A DNA stretch of 32,282 bases, taken from IMG/VR virus record IMGVR_UViG_3300029318_000051, positions 1 to 32,282 of that record; one strand, given 5' to 3'. The translations under genes and the position numbers were made by a program. Of the stretch, positions 7,938 through 16,933 are shown piece by piece (the stretch's first letter is position 1; the number at the start of each line of letters is the position of its first letter). The notes under the pieces are model-generated. The model saw only the letters and a list, made by a program, of their open reading frames with translations, searched no databases and was not told the origin of the DNA. Source of the DNA: a virus. Its lineage: Duplodnaviria > Caudoviricetes.

Positions 7938-8223
7938 AAAAATAAACAACCTTAAAGAATTAGAGATTTGGTCTGATCTAAACTTTTTAACTTCTATTGT
8001 CAAAAAACAAATAGACAAAAAGAAAACAGAGAATTTAGAGAAGATGTCAGAATCATTAGTTAGGGTTGTTTTTTATTTTCAGGAATATTCTAACAACATA
8101 CGATTATATAAACAAGCTCTCTTAGATTATAAGCTACAAAGAAACAGAGCTATAGAGAGAGCAAGAAGAACAGAAAAAGAAAATGAAAAATTACGAAAAC
8201 AAAATGAGAGCCTTAGCATTTAG
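7930..8223 (+). CDS. Hypothetical coiled-coil protein
   Basis: GTG at 7930 (MAKKINN...) overlaps the previous stop and is preferred to TTG at 7867. Confidence 0.7.
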   Translation: MAKKINNLKELEIWSDLNFLTSIVKKQIDKKKTENLEKMSESLVRVVFYFQEYSNNIRLYKQALLDYKLQRNRAIERARRTEKENEKLRKQNESLSI

Positions 8224-8272
8224 TTACTTAGGCTTAATAATTATATTTATATGGATAATATTGAACTCTTAA
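8204..8272 (+). CDS. 22-aa single-TM micropeptide (not in ORF track)
   Basis: MRALAFSYLGLIIIFIWIILNS, bridging two genes. Confidence 0.4.
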   Translation: MRALAFSYLGLIIIFIWIILNS

Positions 8273-9024
8273 ACGGAGAACGCTTTAGACACGATGAGAT
8301 ATTAGAGCTTATGAAAGATGATAAGTTCTACTATGGTTATTTAGGTAAAGCTGCACTCAGCTCCTCATCAATCAAACTACTCTTAGATAGTCCTAAGAAA
8401 TACAAATACGTTACAGAATACGGATCACAAGAATCAAATGCTTTAGATGCAGGTTGGTTATTTCACACAGCAATACTTGAGCCTGATGTATTTGAATCAC
8501 AAGTGTACGTTGATGTACAATCTAAAAACTCTAAGGCTTATAAGTTAGCTAAAGAAGAACATGATAGGGTATTTACTATAAAACAAAAAAGAGATGCAGA
8601 AAGATTAGCAGATGCCTTTTTAAGAAATGAACACGCTTTACAACTAATAACTAATTGTGAGTTTGAAGTTCCTGCAATAGGTATGGTGCAAGGTTATCCA
8701 TTTAGAGGTAAAGCTGATATACTCGATTCGTATCGTCTATGCGATTTGAAAACTTGTAGTGATATAAAGGCATTTAAATATCAAAGTTATAAATATGGAT
8801 ATGATGTACAAGTATATTTATATTGTGAGTTATTTGACAAAACTTATGATCAGTTTCAATTTGCAGCTATTGACAAAGGCTCATTAGACATCGGTATCTA
8901 TGATGTAAGTCAAGAGTTTTATGAATCAGGAAAAAATAAAGTAACAAAAGCATTAGAAACATATCAGGCTTTCTTTATAGATGGTGCTTGTTTAGATAGT
9001 TATTGTATAAAAGGAACATTATGA
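8251..9024 (+). CDS. PD-(D/E)xK exonuclease (Exo VIII/DUF3799-like)
   Basis: LSSSSIK, GWLFHTAILEP, RGKADI, DLKT, YGYDVQVYLY. Confidence 0.85.
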   Translation: MDNIELLNGERFRHDEILELMKDDKFYYGYLGKAALSSSSIKLLLDSPKKYKYVTEYGSQESNALDAGWLFHTAILEPDVFESQVYVDVQSKNSKAYKLAKEEHDRVFTIKQKRDAERLADAFLRNEHALQLITNCEFEVPAIGMVQGYPFRGKADILDSYRLCDLKTCSDIKAFKYQSYKYGYDVQVYLYCELFDKTYDQFQFAAIDKGSLDIGIYDVSQEFYESGKNKVTKALETYQAFFIDGACLDSYCIKGTL

Positions 9025-9461
9025 AAGAGGCAAATAAAATAGCAAAACACATTATAGATATATCAGGTATTAACGTATTTGATAACACACGAAAAAGAGA
9101 ACATATAGAGATGAGGTCTTTACTTACGTTTATGTTGAGGCATCATTGTAATATGAAGTTTACAGACATTAGAGATTTTTATGAATCTAAAGGAAAGAAT
9201 TATGATCATGCTACAGCTTTACATAGTTTAAAATCATTTGAAACCCACAGACGATACAATCCTAAAATAGATAAGTATTTTGATATAGTCTTACTTAGAA
9301 TAAGAAACAAATCAAAATTAAGAAAAGCATTAATAAACCACATAGTAGATTACACAAAATCAAAGGACTTAAAGAAGCTCCTAAGAATAGTAGATACATT
9401 ACCCTTAAAAGATATAGATGGAAAAGAACAAACAAAAGAGAAAGCAGATACCACTTTATAG
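9021..9461 (+). CDS. DnaA C-terminal-like HTH DNA-binding protein
   Basis: TRKRE..EMR and YDHATALH. ATGA overlap at 9021 preferred as start. Confidence 0.7.
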   Translation: MKEANKIAKHIIDISGINVFDNTRKREHIEMRSLLTFMLRHHCNMKFTDIRDFYESKGKNYDHATALHSLKSFETHRRYNPKIDKYFDIVLLRIRNKSKLRKALINHIVDYTKSKDLKKLLRIVDTLPLKDIDGKEQTKEKADTTL

Positions 9462-9780
9462 TGGACTAATAAAATACTTTCCTGATGCACTATGCGAAGT
9501 AGCAAGAGTAAGTTACATAGGAAGTAAACAACATCATCCTGACGAGGAGATACATTGGGATAGAGAAAAGAGCAAAGATGATCTTGATGCACTTATGCGA
9601 CACCTAATGGAAAATGGTATGCACGATATTGATGGAGTAAGACACTCAGCAAAAATAGCTTGGAGAGCATTAGCACACTTACAAAAAGAGATTGAGGGAG
9701 ATAAGTTTCACGAGGGTTATGACGAACAGTTTGGCACTTACAAAATACCACACGATCAAATAATATCAGGTACAGAATGA
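9418..9780 (+). CDS. DUF5664 / dATP-dGTP diphosphohydrolase-like protein
   Basis: YFPDALxEVARVS, HWDRxKS, DALMRHL, HxAKIAWRALA. Confidence 0.8.
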   Translation: MEKNKQKRKQIPLYSGLIKYFPDALCEVARVSYIGSKQHHPDEEIHWDREKSKDDLDALMRHLMENGMHDIDGVRHSAKIAWRALAHLQKEIEGDKFHEGYDEQFGTYKIPHDQIISGTE

Positions 9781-10406
9781 AAGTATTAGAGTTGTTTGCA
9801 GGTAGTAGAAGTATAGGCAAAGCTGCTGAATCATTAGGCTACGAAGTTTACAGCTCAGATCTTAACGAGTTTGAGGGTATAGATTACGCAATAGACATAT
9901 TAGAGTTTGACACAAGTAAAGTACCTTTTGAGCCTGACATTATATGGGCAAGTCCTCCTTGCACTTATTTTAGTGTAGCAAGTATTGGTAAGCATTGGAA
10001 TAAAGACCACACACCTAAAACAGAACAAGCAGTATTTGGAGTTAAAGTAGTAAACAAAACAATACAAATAATTAAAGAACTAAATCCTAAATATTGGTAC
10101 ATTGAGAATCCAAGAGGCAAATTAAGAAAATTAAACTTTATGCAACCTTTACCAAGAACTACAGTATGGTATTGTACTTATGGAGATAAAAGAGCAAAGC
10201 CTACTGATATATGGACAAACAATCTTAGATCAGTATTCAATCCTAATGGTTGGCAACCAAGACCTGAATGTTTTAATGGAAACAAAAACTGCCATCACGA
10301 ATCAGCACCAAGAGGCAGTAGGACAGGAACACAAGGACTCAAAGGAAACTACGAAAGAAGTAAAATACCAAACGAATTATGTTTAGAAATACTCAAAGCA
10401 ATATGA
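9777..10406 (+). CDS. Compact C5-cytosine DNA methyltransferase
   Basis: Motif I LELFAG, motif IV ASPPC, motif VI IENP. Confidence 0.85.
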   Translation: MKVLELFAGSRSIGKAAESLGYEVYSSDLNEFEGIDYAIDILEFDTSKVPFEPDIIWASPPCTYFSVASIGKHWNKDHTPKTEQAVFGVKVVNKTIQIIKELNPKYWYIENPRGKLRKLNFMQPLPRTTVWYCTYGDKRAKPTDIWTNNLRSVFNPNGWQPRPECFNGNKNCHHESAPRGSRTGTQGLKGNYERSKIPNELCLEILKAI

Positions 10407-10522
10407 AACAAAAAAAGTTTACACAGATACAAAGAATAAAAAGATTAGAGAATATAGTAAGCCAAATCTATATGAGTGTTGAGGTAATTAAAAAGCAGCT
10501 TGACAAAAAAGAAGAAGATTAA
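10403..10522 (+). CDS. 39-aa coiled-coil peptide (not in ORF track)
   Basis: MKQKKFTQIQRIKRLENIVSQIYMSVEVIKKQLDKKEED, with an ATGA overlap. Confidence 0.65.
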   Translation: MKQKKFTQIQRIKRLENIVSQIYMSVEVIKKQLDKKEED

Positions 10523-10530
10523 CGTTATAT
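10503..10530 (+). promoter_or_regulatory. Putative late promoter (terS)
   Basis: ACAAAA...AACGTTATAT, a copy of the five-site motif. Confidence 0.65.
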
Positions 10531-10555
10531 ATTTGATTAATCAAAGTTTTTCAAA

Positions 10556-10822
10556 ATGTACAAATTAGAGAACAGAGGAGGTAGAAGATTAGGAGCAGGT
10601 AGAAAACCTAAAGCTGATGAGCTTAAGTTAGTTGAGAAGTTAGACAATGTAATTGACAACGATATAGCTTTAAAGAAATTAGGCGAACTAATAGCTAAAG
10701 GCGACATACGAGCAATACAAATCTACTTTAATTATAGATACGGAAAACCAAAAGAAAAGATAGACATAAACTCATCAGAGGGTCTTAACATTAGCTTTAA
10801 AGACTTAATAAGGTTTAAGTGA
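10556..10822 (+). CDS. terS: Terminase small subunit (putative)
   Basis: GGxRxGAGRKPK N-terminus and YRYGKPKE, directly upstream of terL. Confidence 0.7.
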   Translation: MYKLENRGGRRLGAGRKPKADELKLVEKLDNVIDNDIALKKLGELIAKGDIRAIQIYFNYRYGKPKEKIDINSSEGLNISFKDLIRFK

Positions 10823-12024
10823 TAGATATAAACGAGAAATACCAAAAGTTAGCTAACGACACAAGGTATTATATAATCACAGGAGGTAGAGCTTCAGGTA
10901 AATCATTTTCTGTAAACCTCATGCTTGTATTACTGACATACGAAGCAAACCACACAATACTATTTACTCGTTATACTTTAACCTCAGCTTATGTTTCAAT
11001 CATACCTGAATTTATTGAGAAAATAGAAATGTTAGATAAGTTTGATGATTTTCACATAACTAAAGATGAGATTATTAATTTAAGATCAGGAAGCAAGATA
11101 GTATTTAAAGGAATAAAAACCTCATCAGGAGATCAAACAGCAAACTTAAAATCTATTACAGGTGTTACTACTTGGGTATTAGATGAGGCTGAGGAATTAA
11201 CAGACGAGGGTACATTTGATAAGATAGACCTTACAATAAGAGAAACTAAAAACCAAAACAGAATTATACTTATCCTCAACCCTACAACTAAAGAGCATTG
11301 GATATATCAAAGATTCTTTGAGGATAAAGGAATACAAGAGGGAACTAACACAGAGAAAGACAACACTACCTACATACACACTACTTATCAGGACAACATA
11401 ACTAACTTAAGTAAATCATTCTTAAAGCAAATAGACGACTTAAAAATAAGACGACCACTAAAATACAAGCATGTAATTATGGGTGGATGGTTAGATAAAG
11501 CTGAGGGTGTTATATTTAATAATTGGACTATAGGTAAATTTAAAAGAGTAGGTGTAAGTGTATGGGGTCAAGACTACGGATTCTCTAATGATCCTACAAC
11601 CCTTATAGAAACTAATATAGACACCTCTAACAAACGAATATACCTAAAAGAGTGTTTCTACTTGCCAAGCCTTACAACAAGCCAAATAACACGCTTAAAT
11701 GAGCAATACGTTAAAGGTGGTTTAATTATAGCTGATAGTGCAGAGCCTCGACTAATAAGTGAGATACGAGCAAAAGGCTGTAATGTCAAACCAAGTGTAA
11801 AAGGTCAAGGTAGTGTAACCTACGGAATATCATTATTACAAGACTATGATTTAATAATAAGCGAGGATAGTATAAACCTTGTTAAAGAACTAAACAACTA
11901 CTCTTGGTTAGAAAGAAAGTCTAACACACCTATAGATAAGTTTAACCATTTAATAGATGCTGTAAGATACGCTGTGAGCTTTCAACTACAAAACCCTAAT
12001 AGAGGTAAATACACAATTAGATAG
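10819..12024 (+). CDS. terL: Terminase large subunit (PBSX-like)
   Basis: GGRASGKS, WVLDEAEE, LNP, GQDYGFSNDP, ADSAEP, NHLIDAVRY. Confidence 0.95.
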   Translation: MIDINEKYQKLANDTRYYIITGGRASGKSFSVNLMLVLLTYEANHTILFTRYTLTSAYVSIIPEFIEKIEMLDKFDDFHITKDEIINLRSGSKIVFKGIKTSSGDQTANLKSITGVTTWVLDEAEELTDEGTFDKIDLTIRETKNQNRIILILNPTTKEHWIYQRFFEDKGIQEGTNTEKDNTTYIHTTYQDNITNLSKSFLKQIDDLKIRRPLKYKHVIMGGWLDKAEGVIFNNWTIGKFKRVGVSVWGQDYGFSNDPTTLIETNIDTSNKRIYLKECFYLPSLTTSQITRLNEQYVKGGLIIADSAEPRLISEIRAKGCNVKPSVKGQGSVTYGISLLQDYDLIISEDSINLVKELNNYSWLERKSNTPIDKFNHLIDAVRYAVSFQLQNPNRGKYTIR

Positions 12025-12027
12025 TTT

Positions 12028-12058
12028 CTAAAACTTTATTTTTTTACGTTATATATAT
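12028..12058 (+). promoter_or_regulatory. Putative late promoter (tail operon)
   Basis: CTAAAA...TACGTTATATATAT-ATG. Confidence 0.7.
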
Positions 12059-12709
12059 ATGAAAGTAGAGGTTTATATTCCTGATACTCTTAGCGAGATT
12101 ACTTTAGGTCAATATCAAAAGTATCTAAAGATTCAAGAGAACAACGAAGATGAGAACTTCTTAGCTATTAAAATGATAGAAATATTTTGTGGACTAAGAG
12201 GCGATACAATAATGGCTATGAAAGCTAACAGCATTAAAGACATAACCCTTATACTTACAGAAATGTTTAATGAAAAACCTCAGCTTGTAAAAGAGTTTAA
12301 AATGGGTGGCAGAAATTATGGCTTTGTACCTAAGTTAGAGGATATGACATTTGGAGAGTATATAGACTTAGACACATACATAGGAGATATGAATAATATA
12401 CATAGAGCTATGAATGTTCTATATAGACCAATGAAACAAAAATATCAAGACAGGTATCTTGTTGAGGACTATACAGGAGAAGATCCTGAGAAAATGTTAA
12501 ATATGCCAATGGATGCTGTACTTAGTTCCATACTTTTTTTTTACAATTTAGGGATGGACTTGTCGAAAGCTATGCTGAACTCTTTGGAGAAAGATCAGGA
12601 AACGAGCTTAGCTCAGTATCTAACTTCGGAAGAAAGTGGGGATGGTATCAATCACTTTTCGGTCTCTCTCAAGGAGATATTAGAAGATTTGAAGATATCA
12701 CTAAACTAA
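12059..12709 (+). CDS. Tail assembly chaperone, 0-frame product (216 aa)
   Basis: EITLGQYQ and MTFGEYIDLD repeats. Contains a T9 slippery site. Confidence 0.7.
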   Translation: MKVEVYIPDTLSEITLGQYQKYLKIQENNEDENFLAIKMIEIFCGLRGDTIMAMKANSIKDITLILTEMFNEKPQLVKEFKMGGRNYGFVPKLEDMTFGEYIDLDTYIGDMNNIHRAMNVLYRPMKQKYQDRYLVEDYTGEDPEKMLNMPMDAVLSSILFFYNLGMDLSKAMLNSLEKDQETSLAQYLTSEESGDGINHFSVSLKEILEDLKISLN

Positions 12710-12798
12710 ATGTACACACCTGTCTTTATGCTTTGAGTTTTATGAAAGAAAAAGCAGAGGTAGAATCAAAAAATATAAAAAGTAAATTTAATAGATGA
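12059..12798 (+). CDS. Tail assembly chaperone, -1 frameshift product (about 246 aa)
   Basis: The -1 frame is open from the T9 run (12534-12542) to TGA at 12796-12798, which overlaps the next ATG. Reads LQFRDGLVESYAELF...KWGWYQS...SKFNR. Confidence 0.75.
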
Positions 12799-13268
12799 GC
12801 AATCAAGGAGTAAGAGGCTATTACCAAATAACAGACACTATTAAGACTAATCTCTTAACAGATGAAAATGTCAATACTGTAACAACAGGCGATATATTCA
12901 ACATAGACTTATCTAAGCAAACAATATTTCCTCTAAGCCATATAATAGTAAACAACGTAACTATACAAGAACAAGTCCTCAACTTTAACATAACAGTAAT
13001 GTGTATGGATATAGTAGATCAGTCAAAGGATGAGGTAACAGATGTATTTAGAGGCAACAACAACGAGCAAGATATTATAAACACACAATTAGCTGTAGCA
13101 AACAAATTAGTAGGTCTGCTAAGCAAAGGCACACTATACAAAAACAAATATCAGTTAGAGGGAGATGCTTCATGTGAGTTTTTTTATGAAAGGTTTGAAA
13201 ATGAAATGGCAGGGGTAGCTTGTACGTTTAATGTATTAATCGCAAATGATATAAACGTATGCAGCTAA
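12795..13268 (+). CDS. Putative tail terminator/completion protein
   Basis: Size, FPLSHI motif, beta-rich pattern and context. Confidence 0.55.
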   Translation: MSNQGVRGYYQITDTIKTNLLTDENVNTVTTGDIFNIDLSKQTIFPLSHIIVNNVTIQEQVLNFNITVMCMDIVDQSKDEVTDVFRGNNNEQDIINTQLAVANKLVGLLSKGTLYKNKYQLEGDASCEFFYERFENEMAGVACTFNVLIANDINVCS

Positions 13269-13747
13269 GAGAAACAAGAAACGCTTTAAACAACTTTGCT
13301 AAGTATGTTATTAAACAAGCAAGAACTAATCTAACTAAAAGCAAAAAGAACAGTTCTAAGAAACTATACAACAGCTTAGACTACAACATTAATGTAAGTA
13401 AAGATTCTATTAGTGTTGTCTTTGAAATGGAGGACTACGGACAGTTTCAAGATCAAGGTGTAAGTGGTAAGAAAACAAAATACAATACACCTTTTATTTA
13501 TAAGTCTAAAATGCCTCCTGCTAAGTCTTTTAGTGAATGGGTAATTCGCAAAGGTTTAAAGGGAACAAGAGACAAGCAAGGAAGATTTATACCAAGAAAG
13601 AGCTTACAATATTTAATAGCAAGAAGTGTGTTTATAAAAGGTATAAAACCAAGTATGTTTTTTACTAAACCATTTGAAACAGGTTTTGAAAGATTACCTA
13701 AGGAGCTACAAGAAAAATTTGGAATTGACATAGAAAACGCAATATAA
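13259..13747 (+). CDS. Putative neck/tail completion protein (HK97 gp10-like)
   Basis: Basic protein with LYNSL, YGQFQDQGV and GIKPSMFF. Confidence 0.55.
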   Translation: MQLRETRNALNNFAKYVIKQARTNLTKSKKNSSKKLYNSLDYNINVSKDSISVVFEMEDYGQFQDQGVSGKKTKYNTPFIYKSKMPPAKSFSEWVIRKGLKGTRDKQGRFIPRKSLQYLIARSVFIKGIKPSMFFTKPFETGFERLPKELQEKFGIDIENAI

Positions 13748-14706
13748 TGGCAAATATATATTTAAGAACACCATACTTTGTTACAATAACAACAGCATCG
13801 CATTTATCAGCTCAAATGCAACTTACAATAGATGGTACATTGCGTTATACAATACTGAAAAATGCAACAAGCAACAGAACAGTATTTGAAATATCTTCAT
13901 TAGCTAAAGACTATTATGATCCTGATTATGGTGGTAGTACAGGCTCAAATTTTGATACAGTAGCTATATCTTATGTTATAACAACTTATACAGGCTTAGA
14001 TGGTACAGGCACAGGCACAGCTCAAGGAGCAGTAACACATACAGGCTTTTATGGTTATAGTTATTTCTCTCAAGGCACAGCAGGTAATGATATTGACCCC
14101 GATGATGAGGAGCTAACAAACACAGGAGAAACAAGAATTATTTATTTACCTGAAAACACAGCAGGTTTTGCTTGGGATATGAATAGTGGCTCAACCTCTA
14201 AAACCACAATAAGCACCTCAGCTACAAGCGTAACCTCAGCTTCAGGTAATTACACTTGGACTATTGAAAGAATATGTAGTGCGAAATATACACCTATACA
14301 AATGAGGTTTATAAATAGAAAAGGCGCACCACAAGATCAGTATTTCTTTTTAAAGTCTGTAGAAAGCATGAACACACAAAGTGAAACATTTAAAAGAAAT
14401 ATATTTACTTATTCCTCATCAAACTATAATGCACAAGACCATCAAACAACTGTATTTAACAAAACAGGCAGGAAAAGATATACATTAAACACAGATTATT
14501 TAGCAGAGGCTTATAACGAAGTAATGGAAGATATACTATTAAGCGAATATGTTTGGATAAAATACAATTCTACTGATGGTAACAAATGGAGACCTGTAAT
14601 AGTAAATACAAATACTTTGTTAAAAAAGACATCATTAAATGATAGATTAATTCAATACACATTAGATGTAGAGGAAGCTAACGATATTATCAATAATATA
14701 GTATGA
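13747..14706 (+). CDS. Tail structural protein (distal-tail-like)
   Basis: Ser/Thr/Gly-rich with C-terminal FINRKG, LNTDY and LLSEYVW; tail context. Confidence 0.5.
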   Translation: MANIYLRTPYFVTITTASHLSAQMQLTIDGTLRYTILKNATSNRTVFEISSLAKDYYDPDYGGSTGSNFDTVAISYVITTYTGLDGTGTGTAQGAVTHTGFYGYSYFSQGTAGNDIDPDDEELTNTGETRIIYLPENTAGFAWDMNSGSTSKTTISTSATSVTSASGNYTWTIERICSAKYTPIQMRFINRKGAPQDQYFFLKSVESMNTQSETFKRNIFTYSSSNYNAQDHQTTVFNKTGRKRYTLNTDYLAEAYNEVMEDILLSEYVWIKYNSTDGNKWRPVIVNTNTLLKKTSLNDRLIQYTLDVEEANDIINNIV

Positions 14707-16799
14707 GGCGTGAGGTACAATTATATATACAAGATACTCGAGTTGATTTATTCCAAGATGAAAGTATTAGTATCACAGATTCTATACAAAATGTTTCGGA
14801 CATAAGTAAAGTCTTTACACCTTTTTCTAAACAGTTTAATTTACCTGCTTCACAAGTAAACAACAAACTCTTTAAACATTATTACAACTTTGACATAACA
14901 GGAGGCTTTGATGCAAGGTTTAGAGTAAATGCAAGGTTAGAAATAAACCATGTGCCTTTTAAAGTAGGTCAAATAAGATTAGATGGTGTGAGTATGAAAA
15001 ATAATCAACCACACACCTATAAAGTAGTGTTCTTTGGAAAGCCAAGTGATTTAAAAGATATATTCGGCGATGAAGATTTAAGTTCTTTAAATCCTTTGAC
15101 AACATATGATATTAAAAGCGATACTGTTACTGCTGATGTTAGACAAGCATTTAAAGTGGGTTTACAAAGCACAGGTGTTGATGCTACCAACTTAGGCAAC
15201 AGAAATATAGTAGTTCCATTAATTAGTTTAGAAAATTATTATTCGTATGACACTCCAAGCACAAGTAGATTAGACAATGTTAGTTGGAATAATCTAAGAA
15301 AAGACTTAAAACCTGCAATAAAACTAAAAAGAATTATAGAGGCTATACAAACACAATACGATATAACATTTAACATGGCTGATGAGGGAAGTATAAAAAC
15401 ATTCTTTGGTAGTGATATGTTTGATGAGCTTTACCTTTGGTTGCACAGGGAAAAGACCTCATACAATAACTTAAACAGCACCACAAAACATTTTGGTATA
15501 AACTATACATCTTTAGGGGTAAAAAAAACGCTTAATGATTACACATATTTAGGAGGGTCAGGAGATGTTTTATCAGGAGGCAAACTTACAATAAATGAGG
15601 GAGAATCTTATACTCTAAGATTTAGATTTACAGCAAGTTATGCTAATGCACCTATAGAGATAATATCAAGGGATAGAACTACAAACGAATTATTAGGTGT
15701 ACAAGAAAGAACATCAAGTACAAGCGTTATGGTTGTCAGGTTTGAATCATTACAAAGTGGCAACTTATCATCAAGAATATTTGACCCTGAAATTCGATTC
15801 AACAATAACACAAGTCAAGCTATAAGTTTTTCTGCGTTAAACACTTTAGCAAACTTTGGGTTACAAATTGATAAGACTGTTAATGGTGTTACAACGCAAC
15901 ATTTTTATGGTAACAATGCTTTTCAATTAGCATATATGATTTTTATACAAGATTATCTACCTAAAATGAAAGTTATAGATTTTCTTACAGGCATATTTAA
16001 GATGTTTAATTTAGTTGCTTACACTAAAAGAGGCAGTAGTACAATTTATGTGCAAACTTTTAGCGACTATATGACACTTGGCACATCAAGAGATATTACA
16101 AGATACGTTAATATAGCAGAAAGCACAATAGATAGACCTGTACCTTACAATCAAGTAAACTTTAAATATTCGAGCCCTGTAACTCAAACGAGCCTAAAAT
16201 TTATAAATCAGTATAGCCAAGTGTTCGGCGATTTAAATTATTCAGCACCTGAAAAGTATGATGGTCAAGCATTTAATCAAGAAGTGCCTTTTGAAAGAAC
16301 AGTCCTTATTAATTTAGAAGATAATGCAGGTAATAAAACAAATAACATAGAAGCGTGGTGGGTGGATGCAGATAGTAAAACAACTTTAGGTAAACCATAT
16401 ATATTTTTTAACAGGGTTATTGATTCAAGTAGTAATACAGTAACGAGTTCAAATTATACAAGCTATAATGCACCATCAAACGTATCAAGTGATGAAAACC
16501 ACACTTTAAATTTTGGTGCAGAGTATGATGAGTTTAACGGAGATATAAATGCTAACAGTTTATTCAGTAGGTTTTATGAACAATACATTGTGCAAACATT
16601 TGATCAAAATGGTAGAATAATAAAAGTATCGGCTAATTTGCCAATCAGTTTTGTTTTAAATTATAGTGTAAATGATATTATAGTTATTAATGCACAAGAG
16701 TATTATATAAACTCAATACAAACAGATATAACAACAGGCAAATCACAATTAGAGTTAATAGTTAAAAAAACAACATATACAAATAGCGTATTAACATGA
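14703..16799 (+). CDS. Tail tip/hub protein
   Basis: DLFQDESI, FSKQFNLPAS..NN, DFLTGIFKMFNL; 698 aa in the tail block. Confidence 0.55.
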   Translation: MRREVQLYIQDTRVDLFQDESISITDSIQNVSDISKVFTPFSKQFNLPASQVNNKLFKHYYNFDITGGFDARFRVNARLEINHVPFKVGQIRLDGVSMKNNQPHTYKVVFFGKPSDLKDIFGDEDLSSLNPLTTYDIKSDTVTADVRQAFKVGLQSTGVDATNLGNRNIVVPLISLENYYSYDTPSTSRLDNVSWNNLRKDLKPAIKLKRIIEAIQTQYDITFNMADEGSIKTFFGSDMFDELYLWLHREKTSYNNLNSTTKHFGINYTSLGVKKTLNDYTYLGGSGDVLSGGKLTINEGESYTLRFRFTASYANAPIEIISRDRTTNELLGVQERTSSTSVMVVRFESLQSGNLSSRIFDPEIRFNNNTSQAISFSALNTLANFGLQIDKTVNGVTTQHFYGNNAFQLAYMIFIQDYLPKMKVIDFLTGIFKMFNLVAYTKRGSSTIYVQTFSDYMTLGTSRDITRYVNIAESTIDRPVPYNQVNFKYSSPVTQTSLKFINQYSQVFGDLNYSAPEKYDGQAFNQEVPFERTVLINLEDNAGNKTNNIEAWWVDADSKTTLGKPYIFFNRVIDSSSNTVTSSNYTSYNAPSNVSSDENHTLNFGAEYDEFNGDINANSLFSRFYEQYIVQTFDQNGRIIKVSANLPISFVLNYSVNDIIVINAQEYYINSIQTDITTGKSQLELIVKKTTYTNSVLT

Positions 16800-16933
16800 T
16801 AAAAAACATATTAGAATTATTGCCTTATGCAAAAGGCGAAACAGAAAACATAAGAATTGCACAAGGTAAATACAAATACCCTGAAACATTTAAAGAAACA
16901 TTTAAAACAATAAAGGAATGGCGAAAGAAGTAA
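16796..16933 (+). CDS. 45-aa peptide upstream of the tape measure gene (not in ORF track)
   Basis: MIKNILELLPYAKGETENIRIAQGKYKYPETFKETFKTIKEWRKK, with an ATGA overlap. Confidence 0.7.
   Translation: MIKNILELLPYAKGETENIRIAQGKYKYPETFKETFKTIKEWRKK

Noticed and set aside
9418-9780. Z-base (2-aminoadenine) genome
   Set aside because: No purZ, datZ or phage DNA polymerase is present in a complete genome.
10180-10386. 68-aa plus-strand ORF inside the methyltransferase
   Set aside because: Fully nested in another frame with no motif or start context.
6862-10406. Classical cognate restriction-modification pair (nuclease plus C5 methyltransferase)
   Set aside because: The genes are 2.3 kb apart and nothing in the sequence links their specificities. 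Site absence would make methylation unnecessary. Not excluded, but unsupported.
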